NCBI GenBank assembly: GCA_963921255.3
Contig: CAWUEW020000003.1
Location: 1,550,907 to 1,614,906 of the forward strand
Direction: 5' to 3'
Source: Paracoccaceae bacterium
GTDB lineage: Bacteria > Pseudomonadota > Alphaproteobacteria > Rhodobacterales > Rhodobacteraceae
DNA: 64,000 nt
Part shown: positions 38,783 through 47,242 of the stretch, in pieces
Layout of the letters: every line of letters starts with the position of its first letter
Position numbering within the stretch: position 1 is the stretch's first letter
Made by a program: the position numbers and the translations under genes
Notes under the pieces: model-generated
What the model was told of the DNA's origin: nothing
The model's database searches: none
What the model saw: only the letters and a program-made list of their open reading frames with translations

Positions 38783-40321
38783 TCAAAGATCCAATTGCAA
38801 TTGATCGCTTGGCGGTTTGCGCCGGGGCCGCGGCGCGCGATCATTGACGAAGTCGCGCCCCCCGGGTCCGTCCTTCCGGCTCGCATGTTTCCGGACGATA
38901 TCCTGCGCCTCAGCCCGAAACGCCTCACCGGTGCGGACCGCCCAGACCTTCTGGCGCGCGGCACGGGCCGCCGTTGCCAAGTCCACAATCGGCGTCGGAT
39001 ATGCCTTGCCCAACACCCGCCCTGCGCCGTCCCACGTCCACGGGGTCTGCAGGTGTGCATCGGGGACAGCACGCAGTTCGGGGCACCAGCGGCGCGTGAA
39101 GGCCCCCGTTGGATCCTGATCCTGCCCCTGTTTCACAGGATTGTAGATCCGAACGGTGTTCATACCGGTCGTCCCGGATTGCATTTGCATCTGTGGCCAG
39201 TGAATGCCCGGTTCATAGTCGGTAAAGGACCGGGCAAGATGCGGGCCCGTCGCGCGCCAATCCAGCCAAAGGTGATACGACGCAAAGGACACCAGCATGG
39301 CCCGCATCCGGAAATTCATCCAACCGGTTGCATTGAGGGCGCGCATGCAGGCATCGACAAACGGCACGCCGGTCTGCCCCGCCTCCCAAGCCCGCAGATG
39401 CGTGGGGCTTGGTGGTCCGGTGCGCAAATCCTCATAGGCCGAATGCAAGCAGCGATGCTCCAACCTCGGGGCATCTTCAAGCTTCTGCATGAAATGATCC
39501 CGCCAGGCGAGGCGGGCTTCGAAACTGCGCATCGCCCCGATCCATCCGTCCCGCGTCCCGGCCGCTAGCGCCTTGCGCGCCCGGGCGGCTTGGGCGGCCT
39601 CCCGCGGCGACAGCACACCCCACGCAAGATAGGGCGACAGGCGGGAACAGGCGGTGGCGCCGCTGAACGGCGACGACATGGCCTTGCGATAGGTGCGCCC
39701 CCTGTCCGCCAAGAAGCTGTCCAGAAGCGCCAACGCCTGTGCGCGACCGCCTTTCTGACGCTCCGGACACGGATCAAACGCAAGGCCGATCGCCTTTGCC
39801 TCGGGGATCTGGTCGCTGTCCCCGGTGATTGCGTTTAGGGCTTTCGGGGTCGGACAGGTCTCTGCCCGCAGCGCGCGTTCACGCCGCGCCGCCCATCCAT
39901 CGCGCGTGGGCAGGCGTCGGACCACACCCAATTGCGGGACTTCCGTCCACGTGATGCCGTTGGCCTTGGCCCAGGCCGCGACGCGCCGGTCCCGGGCAAA
40001 GGTCCACGCGTTGCCCGTTTCCTCGTGGCTGAGGACGGTCCTGACCCCATGCTGCGCGCACAGGTCCTGCAAGACCTGTTCGGCTGCCCCGACCCGCACC
40101 ACAAGCGGCGCCCCGCGTTTGGCGAGATCCGCGCGCAGGCCGTCCAAACACTCCACAACGAAACGATACTGGCGCGCAGATGCGTCCGGCTCCGCCCAAA
40201 ACCCCGGCTCGATGATGAAAACCGGCAGCACGCGCCCACCCGCCTGCGCCGCTTGGGCCAGAACAGGGTTGTCCTCAACACGCAGATCGCGTTTGAACCA
40301 AACAAGAACATCGGTCGCCAT
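38783..40321 (-). CDS. Cryptochrome/photolyase-family FAD-binding protein
   Basis: Internal ATG at 40321 of track ORF 38783..40471, 512 aa. N-terminus VLVWFKRDLRVEDNPVL (photolyase alpha/beta domain); C-terminal FAD domain ...SRLSPYLAWG...TGMNTVRIYNPVKQGQDQDP...RRWCPEL. The subclass was not determined. Confidence 0.85.
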   Translation of the reverse strand: MATDVLVWFKRDLRVEDNPVLAQAAQAGGRVLPVFIIEPGFWAEPDASARQYRFVVECLDGLRADLAKRGAPLVVRVGAAEQVLQDLCAQHGVRTVLSHEETGNAWTFARDRRVAAWAKANGITWTEVPQLGVVRRLPTRDGWAARRERALRAETCPTPKALNAITGDSDQIPEAKAIGLAFDPCPERQKGGRAQALALLDSFLADRGRTYRKAMSSPFSGATACSRLSPYLAWGVLSPREAAQAARARKALAAGTRDGWIGAMRSFEARLAWRDHFMQKLEDAPRLEHRCLHSAYEDLRTGPPSPTHLRAWEAGQTGVPFVDACMRALNATGWMNFRMRAMLVSFASYHLWLDWRATGPHLARSFTDYEPGIHWPQMQMQSGTTGMNTVRIYNPVKQGQDQDPTGAFTRRWCPELRAVPDAHLQTPWTWDGAGRVLGKAYPTPIVDLATAARAARQKVWAVRTGEAFRAEAQDIVRKHASRKDGPGGRDFVNDRAPRPRRKPPSDQLQLDL

Positions 40322-40374
40322 GGCGAGGCATGTAGCGGGGAAAGTCCCCAGTTCAAAGCGACAATTTCTGCCGG

Positions 40375-41133
40375 TCAGTCGCCGCGTTTTTGCTCGGCCC
40401 ACCGGACGATTTGCCGGAACATCCCGTGGAAGGTCTGCACATCGGCCCGCGTCAATGGCAGGCGCCCCCATATCTGACGGAGGTTGCGCTTCATGCCGGG
40501 CGCTTTCGTTTCTGGAAAGAAAAAGCCCGCCGCCTCCAAGCGGTCCTCGACATGATCGCCCAAGGCGGCCAATTCAGCCGCCGTCGCGAACTCGGTGCCG
40601 GCCATTTCCATAACTTCCGGCGCGGTTTCAACGGTTGTCCGACGCCATTCGTAGGCACATAGCAGAACGCATTGCGCAAGGTTCAACGACGGGAAATCCG
40701 GGTTCACGGGCACCGAGATGATCGCGTTGGCGCGCGCGATGTCGTCATTCTCCAATCCCGCACGTTCCGGGCCGAACAAAACACCGACCCGTCCGCCGCT
40801 TTCAGCAATTGCGCGGGCCTGTTGCATTGCCCGCTCGGGCGTGACGATCGGTGTTGTCATGCCGCGCGGGCGCGCCGTCGTCGCAAAGACATAGGTGCAG
40901 TCTTCAATCGCGTCCGGCACATCCGGCACAACCCCGGCCTGATCCAGCAACCGCCCTGCCCCCGAGGCCAGCGCCACGGCGCGTTCATTCGGCCATCCGT
41001 CCCTTGGGGCAACGACCCGCATCCGGTCGAGACCGAAGTTCCACATCGCACGCGCGGCGGCACCGATGTTTTCACCCATTTGCGGGCGCACCAGAACAAA
41101 GGTCGGTTGGCGGGTCTCAGGCGGGGTCGACAT
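40375..41133 (-). CDS. TrmJ/LasT-family SPOUT RNA 2'-O-methyltransferase
   Basis: Internal ATG at 41133, 252 aa. ...FVLVRPQMGENIGAAARAMWNFG...LFGPERAGLENDD...SLNLAQCV. Confidence 0.8.
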   Translation of the reverse strand: MSTPPETRQPTFVLVRPQMGENIGAAARAMWNFGLDRMRVVAPRDGWPNERAVALASGAGRLLDQAGVVPDVPDAIEDCTYVFATTARPRGMTTPIVTPERAMQQARAIAESGGRVGVLFGPERAGLENDDIARANAIISVPVNPDFPSLNLAQCVLLCAYEWRRTTVETAPEVMEMAGTEFATAAELAALGDHVEDRLEAAGFFFPETKAPGMKRNLRQIWGRLPLTRADVQTFHGMFRQIVRWAEQKRGD

Positions 41134-41235
41134 GGGGGTTCCGTTATCCTGCGTGGCGGTGGCCCGCAAGCCCACTGCCTTGCCGTGTCGGGTTGCGCAA
41201 GCTATCACGCCGCAAGCACCGAGAAAGGGACCGCG

Positions 41236-41859
41236 ATGGCCGAGCAGGACCAGCCCCAAATCTATCTTGTGACGCCCCAAAGCTTCGATCTGGACAGCTT
41301 TGCGCCCCGCCTGTCCGCCGTTCTGGATGCCCATGACATCGCGTGCCTTCGGCTGAGCCTGGCCGAGGATGACGAACTGGCGCTTGGCCGCGCCGCCGAC
41401 GCCCTGCGCGAGATTGCCCATGCGCGCGACGTCCCGCTTGTGGTGACCCGGCATGTCGGACTTGTCGAGCGGCACGGGCTGGACGGCGTTCATTTGACCG
41501 ATGGGGCCCGGTCGGTGCGCAAGACGCGGAAAATCCTGGGCGCTGACCCAATTGTAGGCGCCTTTTGCGAGGCCTCGCGGCATGACGGCATGACAGCCGG
41601 CGAAAGCGGTGCGGATTACGTATCTTTCGGACCGGTCGCCGCCTCGGGTCTGGGTGAGGATGACATCGCCGACCATGACATGTTTGCCTGGTGGTCCATG
41701 ATGATCGAACTGCCCGTAGTGGCGGAAGGCGGGCTGTCGCTTGAGCTGATCGAACGCCTTGCCCCGGTGACAGATTTCTTTGCCGTCGGGTCCGAGATCT
41801 GGCGCGAGGAGGATGCCGCCGCGGCCCTGACCGCGCTGACCGCGCCGCTTCGGGCTTAG
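41236..41859 (+). CDS. Thiamine-phosphate synthase family protein (ThiE-like)
   Basis: In-frame ATG at 41236 of track ORF 40672..41859. ...IYLVTP...DGVHL...GADYVSFGPV... has a TMP-TENI fold pattern. No TPP riboswitch was seen upstream. Confidence 0.65.
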   Translation: MAEQDQPQIYLVTPQSFDLDSFAPRLSAVLDAHDIACLRLSLAEDDELALGRAADALREIAHARDVPLVVTRHVGLVERHGLDGVHLTDGARSVRKTRKILGADPIVGAFCEASRHDGMTAGESGADYVSFGPVAASGLGEDDIADHDMFAWWSMMIELPVVAEGGLSLELIERLAPVTDFFAVGSEIWREEDAAAALTALTAPLRA

Positions 41860-42692
41860 GGATCTTCCGTCAGAAACCGCGCCATGTCCGCCGCAATCGG
41901 CGTTTCCGCCTGTTGCGCAAGCGCCTTTCGATCAGCCACCTCTGCCACGGGAATCGGATCATGGAACGTGACCGAGACGGACCCTTGGCGCGGTGCGGCA
42001 AGGACGGTCAGCAGGCTCGGGCCGAACGCCATATCCCCCCACCAGCCATAGAATGCCGGATCCGCCCCGTCGGGGGCCGTGTACAGCACGCTGATTGGCT
42101 GCACCTGAATGCCGGTCGGCAAATGCTCGGACAGGAAGGCCTGAAACAAGGTGCTGCGGAACGGGAGAACGCGCCGCCCGTCGGTTGACGTGCCTTCGGG
42201 GAAGAAAAGGAGTTTCTGACCTGCGGCCAAACGGTCTTCCATCGCGGTGGTGTGGGTTTTTGCCTGCGCGCGGGTCCGCGCGATGAACAGGGTTCCCGTG
42301 CCGCGCGCCAACCACCCGATCCCGGCCCAGGTCGCAACCTCGGCCTTGGCCACGAAATACAGCCGTGCGCAGGCGTTGAGCACGAAAATATCCAGCCACG
42401 TGCTGTGGTTGGCAACGAACGCCACGGGTGCCGAGGCAACCTGCCCCCGCGTGATCCGCCGCAATCCCATCAGACGCAGCGCCGCCAGACACACGCCCTG
42501 CGTGATCCAGGGCGTGATCGGGCGCGTTCGACCAAACACCGCACGCTCGGGCACGCGCAGGATCAGCAGCAATGGAAAGCACACCAACAGGATCAAAAGC
42601 AGCGGTGCGCCGCGCCGGATGATGCGCCAGTAATCCCCCGGCCCGAACGTCGGTGGTGGCGGCGGCGGCGGCCCATGCCAGGTGACGCTCAT
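41856..42692 (-). CDS. olsA: Lyso-ornithine lipid O-acyltransferase (PlsC-family acyltransferase)
   Basis: Internal ATG at 42692 overlaps the olsB stop (ATGA). Acyltransferase motifs are present: VANHSTWLDI (HX4D) and FFPEGTST. The N-terminus has a run of 7 prolines. Confidence 0.75.
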   Translation of the reverse strand: MSVTWHGPPPPPPPTFGPGDYWRIIRRGAPLLLILLVCFPLLLILRVPERAVFGRTRPITPWITQGVCLAALRLMGLRRITRGQVASAPVAFVANHSTWLDIFVLNACARLYFVAKAEVATWAGIGWLARGTGTLFIARTRAQAKTHTTAMEDRLAAGQKLLFFPEGTSTDGRRVLPFRSTLFQAFLSEHLPTGIQVQPISVLYTAPDGADPAFYGWWGDMAFGPSLLTVLAAPRQGSVSVTFHDPIPVAEVADRKALAQQAETPIAADMARFLTEDP

Positions 42693-43462
42693 GCCGCCGG
42701 ATCCCGCGTGTAGATTGCCCGGTGCTTGGGCGACATGCGCGCGACATCCATGACGAGACACACGTCGATGCAGTTGAACGGACGGTCGATAAAGGCCCCC
42801 TGCCCGACAAAGCCACCGAGGCGCAGGTAAGCCTTGATAAGCGCGGGCACCGCGCGAATGGCGCTCGGGCGATCCAGGTCGGCCTCCGCGATCAAATCCA
42901 TCCGGTGCGCCCCCGAAGCCCTGGCCACGGGCCGGACATCCTCGGGAGCGAGGTGGCGGTGATGCAACAACGACAAAGGCTGCGCCAAGGCGTGCGGGTC
43001 GGTTCCGTGGAAACTGGCGACCCCGAACATGACCTCGATCTCGTGCTCGGCGACATAGCGGGCCAGCCCGTTCCAAAGATGCATCATGGCCGTGCCGCCA
43101 CGATAATCCCGGTGCAGGCACGACCGGCCCAGTTCCAGAAGCTTGCGGCCCGACGCGCGCAACGGCGCCAGGTCATATTCGTCATCGGAATAGAACTGGC
43201 CTGCCGCGTTGGCCTGGGCGCCGCGCATCACGCGGTACACCCCGACCACCTGATCCGTCGCAGGGCGCCGCGTATCGCGCAGGATGAGATGATCAAAATA
43301 CGGGTCGAACCGATCCTGTTCGCGGCGGGCGTCGTGGTCCACCATCTCGCCCGACCCGCCCAGTTCCTCGATGAAGACCTCGTAGCGCAGGCGCTGCGCG
43401 GCCTCGATGTCTGCTTGGCTGCCAGACAGGGCCAGATCGAAATGCGGCTCGTCAAGATGCAT
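42689..43462 (-). CDS. olsB: Ornithine lipid N-acyltransferase (GNAT/hemolysin-like)
   Basis: 257 aa. ...AQRLRYEVFIEELG...VGVYRVM...ELGRSCLHRDYRGG... is typical OlsB, and olsA lies immediately downstream. Confidence 0.8.
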   Translation of the reverse strand: MHLDEPHFDLALSGSQADIEAAQRLRYEVFIEELGGSGEMVDHDARREQDRFDPYFDHLILRDTRRPATDQVVGVYRVMRGAQANAAGQFYSDDEYDLAPLRASGRKLLELGRSCLHRDYRGGTAMMHLWNGLARYVAEHEIEVMFGVASFHGTDPHALAQPLSLLHHRHLAPEDVRPVARASGAHRMDLIAEADLDRPSAIRAVPALIKAYLRLGGFVGQGAFIDRPFNCIDVCLVMDVARMSPKHRAIYTRDPAA

Positions 43463-43546
43463 GCGCGGTGGGTCCGTGTCGTGACGCGGGCGTTCGAGCG
43501 GGGTTTAGCAGGCTCCGGTCAGGACGCAACCAAAGGCGCGGCGCGA

Positions 43547-43561
43547 TTAAATCGCTGTTAA
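43547..43561. promoter_or_regulatory. Perfect CtrA-type box TTAAatcgctgTTAA
   Basis: TTAA-N7-TTAA read directly from the sequence. It is intergenic, 85-99 nt upstream of the olsB ATG (43462) and 42 nt downstream of the DUF3553 stop. Confidence 0.4.
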
Positions 43562-43602
43562 ACCTCTGCCGGTATGTCAGGAGGCCCAAACGACCTCTTG
43601 CT

Positions 43603-43782
43603 TTAGAATTCCATGATGAGAGCTATGCGCCGTCCGTCGATCACCACTTTCCCCTCATTCTCGAAATTGACCGTGATCTTCCCTCCGATGTTCGACTGCA
43701 CCTGTCCGAGGCCCCAATCGGGTTGGTCGGGATGGCGCACAAGCATGCCGGGTTCTAGGATCGAGTTGAGATTTTCTTCCAT
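43603..43782 (-). CDS. DUF3553 domain protein (59 aa)
   Basis: Internal ATG at 43782 of track ORF 43603..43863. MEENLNSILEPGMLVRHPDQPDWGLGQVQSNIGGKITVNFENEGKVVIDG matches my memory of DUF3553. Confidence 0.65.
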   Translation of the reverse strand: MEENLNSILEPGMLVRHPDQPDWGLGQVQSNIGGKITVNFENEGKVVIDGRRIALIMEF

Positions 43783-43797
43783 TGGGGACGCCTCACC

Positions 43798-44421
43798 GTG
43801 AACGACCGATCTGAAAACGGGGCGCAAACGCTGTCGGCCTTGATCGGCTCCCGCCTGTGTCACGACTTAGTTAACCCATTGGGCGCCATCGGCAATGGGG
43901 TCGAACTGATCGAGATGACCGGCACCGCCAGAGGCCCTGAGCTGGACCTTGTGCGCGAAGCGATTGATGATGCGCAATCCCGTGTCCGTTTCCTGAGGAT
44001 CGCCTTCGGCTTGGCCGGACCCGACCAGATGATCGGCGCCCGCGAAGCCAAGTCGACGTTGGAGGCGTTTTTTTCCGAAGCCCGCCTGAAGCCCGACTGG
44101 CAGTCGGAGCAGGATTTGCCACGCCAAGTGGTCAAGCTGCTCTATGCGTTGTGCCTATGCGCTGAAACCGGCCTGCCGATGGGGGGCGATGTGACCCTGT
44201 CCTGCGCACCGGACGGATCGTGCCGCGTCGGGGCCCAGGCGGCCCGCATACAGCTCGAAGAACCGCTCTGGTCCGTTCTTCGATACGGTGTCTCGGTGCT
44301 CGACCGTCCCATGCGACCAAGCGAAGTTCAATTCGCCGTGGCGCATCTTCTTGCAGAAGAACTGGGCGTCACAATCAATTTTGTACGGACGCCCGAAGGG
44401 CTGACGATCACAACAGGTTAA
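43798..44421 (+). CDS. chpT: Histidine phosphotransferase ChpT (CckA-to-CtrA/CpdR relay)
   Basis: 207 aa, GTG start. SRLCHDLVNPLGAIGNGVELIE carries the phospho-accepting His in the ChpT-type DHp helix. The C-terminal domain is a degenerate CA-like domain. Confidence 0.75.
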   Translation: MNDRSENGAQTLSALIGSRLCHDLVNPLGAIGNGVELIEMTGTARGPELDLVREAIDDAQSRVRFLRIAFGLAGPDQMIGAREAKSTLEAFFSEARLKPDWQSEQDLPRQVVKLLYALCLCAETGLPMGGDVTLSCAPDGSCRVGAQAARIQLEEPLWSVLRYGVSVLDRPMRPSEVQFAVAHLLAEELGVTINFVRTPEGLTITTG

Positions 44422-44427
44422 GGACGG

Positions 44428-44952
44428 CTACGGAGAAACGGCCGCAAGGCCCGCCCGAAACCGCCGCATGTTGTCTTGATAGTGCACTGCGCTTGCGATC
44501 AGCCCGGCCTGGGCCGCATCGTCCAGACTGCGCACGACCTTGCCCGGCACACCCATTACGAGGCTCCCGTCGGGGATTTCCTTGCCTTCGGGGATCAAGG
44601 CGCCCGCCCCAATCAGGCACCCCTTGCCGATCTTGGCGCGATTCAAAATCGTGGCGCCCATTCCGACAAGGCTGCCATCGCCGATCTCGCAGCCGTGCAA
44701 CATGGCCTTGTGCCCGATGGTGCAATTCTCGCCGATGGTCAGGGGGCAGCCCGGGTCGGTGTGAAACACGCAGTTTTCCTGCACGTTGGACCCTGCGCCA
44801 ATCCGGATTTCTTCGTTGTCACCGCGGATCGTCACGCCGAACCAAACGCTTGCGCCCGCCGCCAGAACGACACGGCCAATCACGTTCGCATCCGGTGCAA
44901 TCCAGGTGTCTTCGGCAATTTCAGGCGCGATCCCGTCCAATGCGTAAATCAT
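44428..44952 (-). CDS. Gamma-class carbonic anhydrase family (hexapeptide-repeat, YrdA/PaaY-like) protein
   Basis: 174 aa. Left-handed beta-helix hexapeptide repeats (...[21 protein letters not shown]...[22 protein letters not shown]...). Confidence 0.85.
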   Translation of the reverse strand: MIYALDGIAPEIAEDTWIAPDANVIGRVVLAAGASVWFGVTIRGDNEEIRIGAGSNVQENCVFHTDPGCPLTIGENCTIGHKAMLHGCEIGDGSLVGMGATILNRAKIGKGCLIGAGALIPEGKEIPDGSLVMGVPGKVVRSLDDAAQAGLIASAVHYQDNMRRFRAGLAAVSP

Positions 44953-45611
44953 TCCTGCCCCTCCAAGAATTGTGTTTGAAGCGCACGCACATGCGGTTGC
45001 AGACCTGGCTGCTGCGATTGCTTCAGACGTTCGGCCTGAACGATCATCTTCAGCTTCGCCTCGGTCTCGTCCAGATCATCATTGACCAGCACATAGTCAT
45101 AGGCGTCCCAATGGCTGATTTCGTCCCAGGACTTTTGCATGCGCTTGGCGATCGTCTCGGCACTGTCCTGTGCACGGCTTTCGAGGCGTCGCTTCAGCTC
45201 GGGAATTGACGGCGGCAGGATGAAAATCGACAGGACGTGATCGCGCAAGGCGCTGGTCTTGATCTGCTGTGCCCCCTGCCAATCAATGTCGAACAGAACG
45301 TCGCGGCCCGCTTCAATCGCCTCTGACACGGGCGCGACGGGGGATCCATAGAAATTCCCGAACACATGCGCATGCTCCAGCATCGCGTTGTCGGCCACCA
45401 TATCCTTGAAGGCCGCTTCGGAGATGAAATGGTAGTGCTGCCCATCCACTTCGCCGGGCCGGGGCGCGCGTGTCGTCGCGGATACCGAGAAGCTGAGGCT
45501 TGGATCCCAGACCATGAGGCGGCGCGCCAGCGTGGACTTCCCCGCCCCCGAGGGCGACGACAGGATGATCAAGAGACCACGGCGCGGCATTGGATCTGGG
45601 GACATGCTCAT
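44949..45611 (-). CDS. gmk: Guanylate kinase
   Basis: 220 aa. P-loop [10 protein letters not shown], ...[19 protein letters not shown].... There are ATGA overlaps at both ends. Confidence 0.93.
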   Translation of the reverse strand: MSMSPDPMPRRGLLIILSSPSGAGKSTLARRLMVWDPSLSFSVSATTRAPRPGEVDGQHYHFISEAAFKDMVADNAMLEHAHVFGNFYGSPVAPVSEAIEAGRDVLFDIDWQGAQQIKTSALRDHVLSIFILPPSIPELKRRLESRAQDSAETIAKRMQKSWDEISHWDAYDYVLVNDDLDETEAKLKMIVQAERLKQSQQPGLQPHVRALQTQFLEGQE

Positions 45612-46489
45612 TCCACGTTTTGCACTTGCTCGCGCATCTGATCGATCACCAGTTTCAGGTCAAGCCCAATGGCCGTCAGCGCGGTATCGCCTGACTTGGA
45701 ACACAGGGTGTTCGCCTCGCGATTGAACTCCTGCATGAGGAAATCCAGTTTGCGGCCGACCGGACCGCTGGTCTGAAGCAGATCTCGCGCGGCGCCGACA
45801 TGTGCATTGAGGCGATCAATCTCCTCGCTGACGTCTGCCTTGACAGCGAGGGTGGCCACTTCCTGTGCGATGCGGGCCTCGTCCAGACCGTCTGCCGCAT
45901 CCAGGATGGCCGCGACATTGCTGCGGAACCGGGCGGCCTGGGCCTCTGACCGGACATCCGCCGCGACGCGCGCGCGTTCGGTGAGATCTTGGATGCGATC
46001 GACTTGCTCTGACAGGATCTGGTGGAGCGCCGCACCTTCTGACCTGCGCATATCGACGAGCGCGCCGATGACAATATCCGCATCGGCCACCAACAGATCA
46101 TGCCCGGGCCCGGCCTCGGCAGCGGCGCTGTCAGCGACGCCCTTCATCAAGAGAACCTCGGCCGGGGAGACCGCGGCAAGCCGGAGGCCCATGGCGGTGG
46201 CCGCTGCCTCCACCTCGGCAATCGACGTCAGGGCGGTATCAAGGGCCACGGCGTCCAGGGCCGCCGCGCCCGACACCGGCTCGCGGCTCAGGCGCAGAGA
46301 CAGATTGACCGAGCCGCGCGTCAGGACCGCGCTGAGCTTCTTTTTGAGGGCCGCCTCCAACGCGCCGTAGCCATCTGGAAGACGCATTCGCAAGTCGAGG
46401 CCACGCGCGTTGACCGAACGGATATCCCAACTCCAGCGAAACCCATCCGCCGCGGATTCATGGGACGCGTAGCCTGTCATCGACGACAT
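45608..46489 (-). CDS. YicC-family stress-induced protein
   Basis: ATG at 46489 within track ORF 45608..46513. MSSMTGYAS...[14 protein letters not shown]... and a C-terminal ...[13 protein letters not shown]...[13 protein letters not shown]. Confidence 0.85.
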   Translation of the reverse strand: MSSMTGYASHESAADGFRWSWDIRSVNARGLDLRMRLPDGYGALEAALKKKLSAVLTRGSVNLSLRLSREPVSGAAALDAVALDTALTSIAEVEAAATAMGLRLAAVSPAEVLLMKGVADSAAAEAGPGHDLLVADADIVIGALVDMRRSEGAALHQILSEQVDRIQDLTERARVAADVRSEAQAARFRSNVAAILDAADGLDEARIAQEVATLAVKADVSEEIDRLNAHVGAARDLLQTSGPVGRKLDFLMQEFNREANTLCSKSGDTALTAIGLDLKLVIDQMREQVQNVE

Positions 46490-46505
46490 CTGCGCCTTTG
46501 CATCG

Positions 46506-46520
46506 TTAACCAAAGCTTAA
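46506..46520. promoter_or_regulatory. Perfect CtrA-type box TTAAccaaagcTTAA(C)
   Basis: TTAA-N7-TTAAC read directly from the sequence. It lies in the yicC / PAS_5 divergent spacer: 17 nt upstream of the yicC ATG (46489) and 112 nt upstream of the PAS-gene ATG (46632). Confidence 0.4.
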
Positions 46521-46631
46521 CTCTCCCCCTGCCCGAACAATTTTAAATTGGTTATCGACAAATGGGTAAGGAATACGACGCGCGGGTCAACCGTGGCCAC
46601 CGTGCGAGCGAAATGGAGAAGGAGGTTCGCG

Positions 46632-47189
46632 ATGTCGGCCTTGGGTCAACGCAACTCCCGATTTGCACGATCCGCGATCGACGCTCTGGCGACAGAGTGG
46701 GAGTCTGCACGGGGCACCCGCCCGGCCCCGTCCCGCGCCGAGGTCAAACCGGACATCATTGCACCCTATCTGGGCGCGACCGCCGTTCTGGAACGGCGTG
46801 CCAACAGCGATTTGCAGTTTCGGGTCGCCGGTCGGGATTGGCGCCGGATTCTGGGGGATGCGCCCCGCGGCAGGCCATTCGAAATGTGCTTTGATGGCCG
46901 CGGTCTTGCGCAACTGGACAGCCTGATTGCGGCCGCCTGCGCCAGTCCCGGGCTGGTGACGGTGCATGTCGGGACCACGCGATCCGCAGGCGTGGCCGAT
47001 ATTGCCCTGCTGCCGTTCCAGGCTTCATGGCCTGGACCCGAGACCATGATGGCTGTGATCGGCCTGCAGGCGCCACTGGCACATGGGGACCGGTTTCACA
47101 TCCTGTCAGCGCGCCTGGATGAACATCCCCCGGTCGCCCGCAGGCTGCCACGCCGTCCGTTTGACGTCATCAACGGCGGGCGTGCTTGA
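46632..47189 (+). CDS. PAS_5 (DUF1457-type) PAS-domain protein
   Basis: ATG at 46632 after GAAGGAGG. ...DIIAPYLGATAVLERRANSDLQFRVAGRDWRRILGDAPRGRPF... resembles stand-alone alphaproteobacterial PAS_5 proteins. Confidence 0.6.
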   Translation: MSALGQRNSRFARSAIDALATEWESARGTRPAPSRAEVKPDIIAPYLGATAVLERRANSDLQFRVAGRDWRRILGDAPRGRPFEMCFDGRGLAQLDSLIAAACASPGLVTVHVGTTRSAGVADIALLPFQASWPGPETMMAVIGLQAPLAHGDRFHILSARLDEHPPVARRLPRRPFDVINGGRA

Positions 47190-47242
47190 GGCGTTTAACC
47201 GGTGGGACAGTGCGGGCGCTTGATCCGCCCGCACATAGATGA

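Noticed and set aside
38499-38786. 95-aa track ORF downstream of the photolyase gene
   Set aside because: It is Arg/Cys-rich with no motif. A different frame in the same interval gives a clean DUF2256 zinc-ribbon protein (38581..38733).
41134-41235. Possible TPP riboswitch upstream of the ThiE-like gene
   Set aside because: I could not find the conserved THI-box elements (CUGAGA … ACCUGAUCUGGAUAAUGCC-like). The spacer is also only 102 nt and is shared with the divergent trmJ-like gene.
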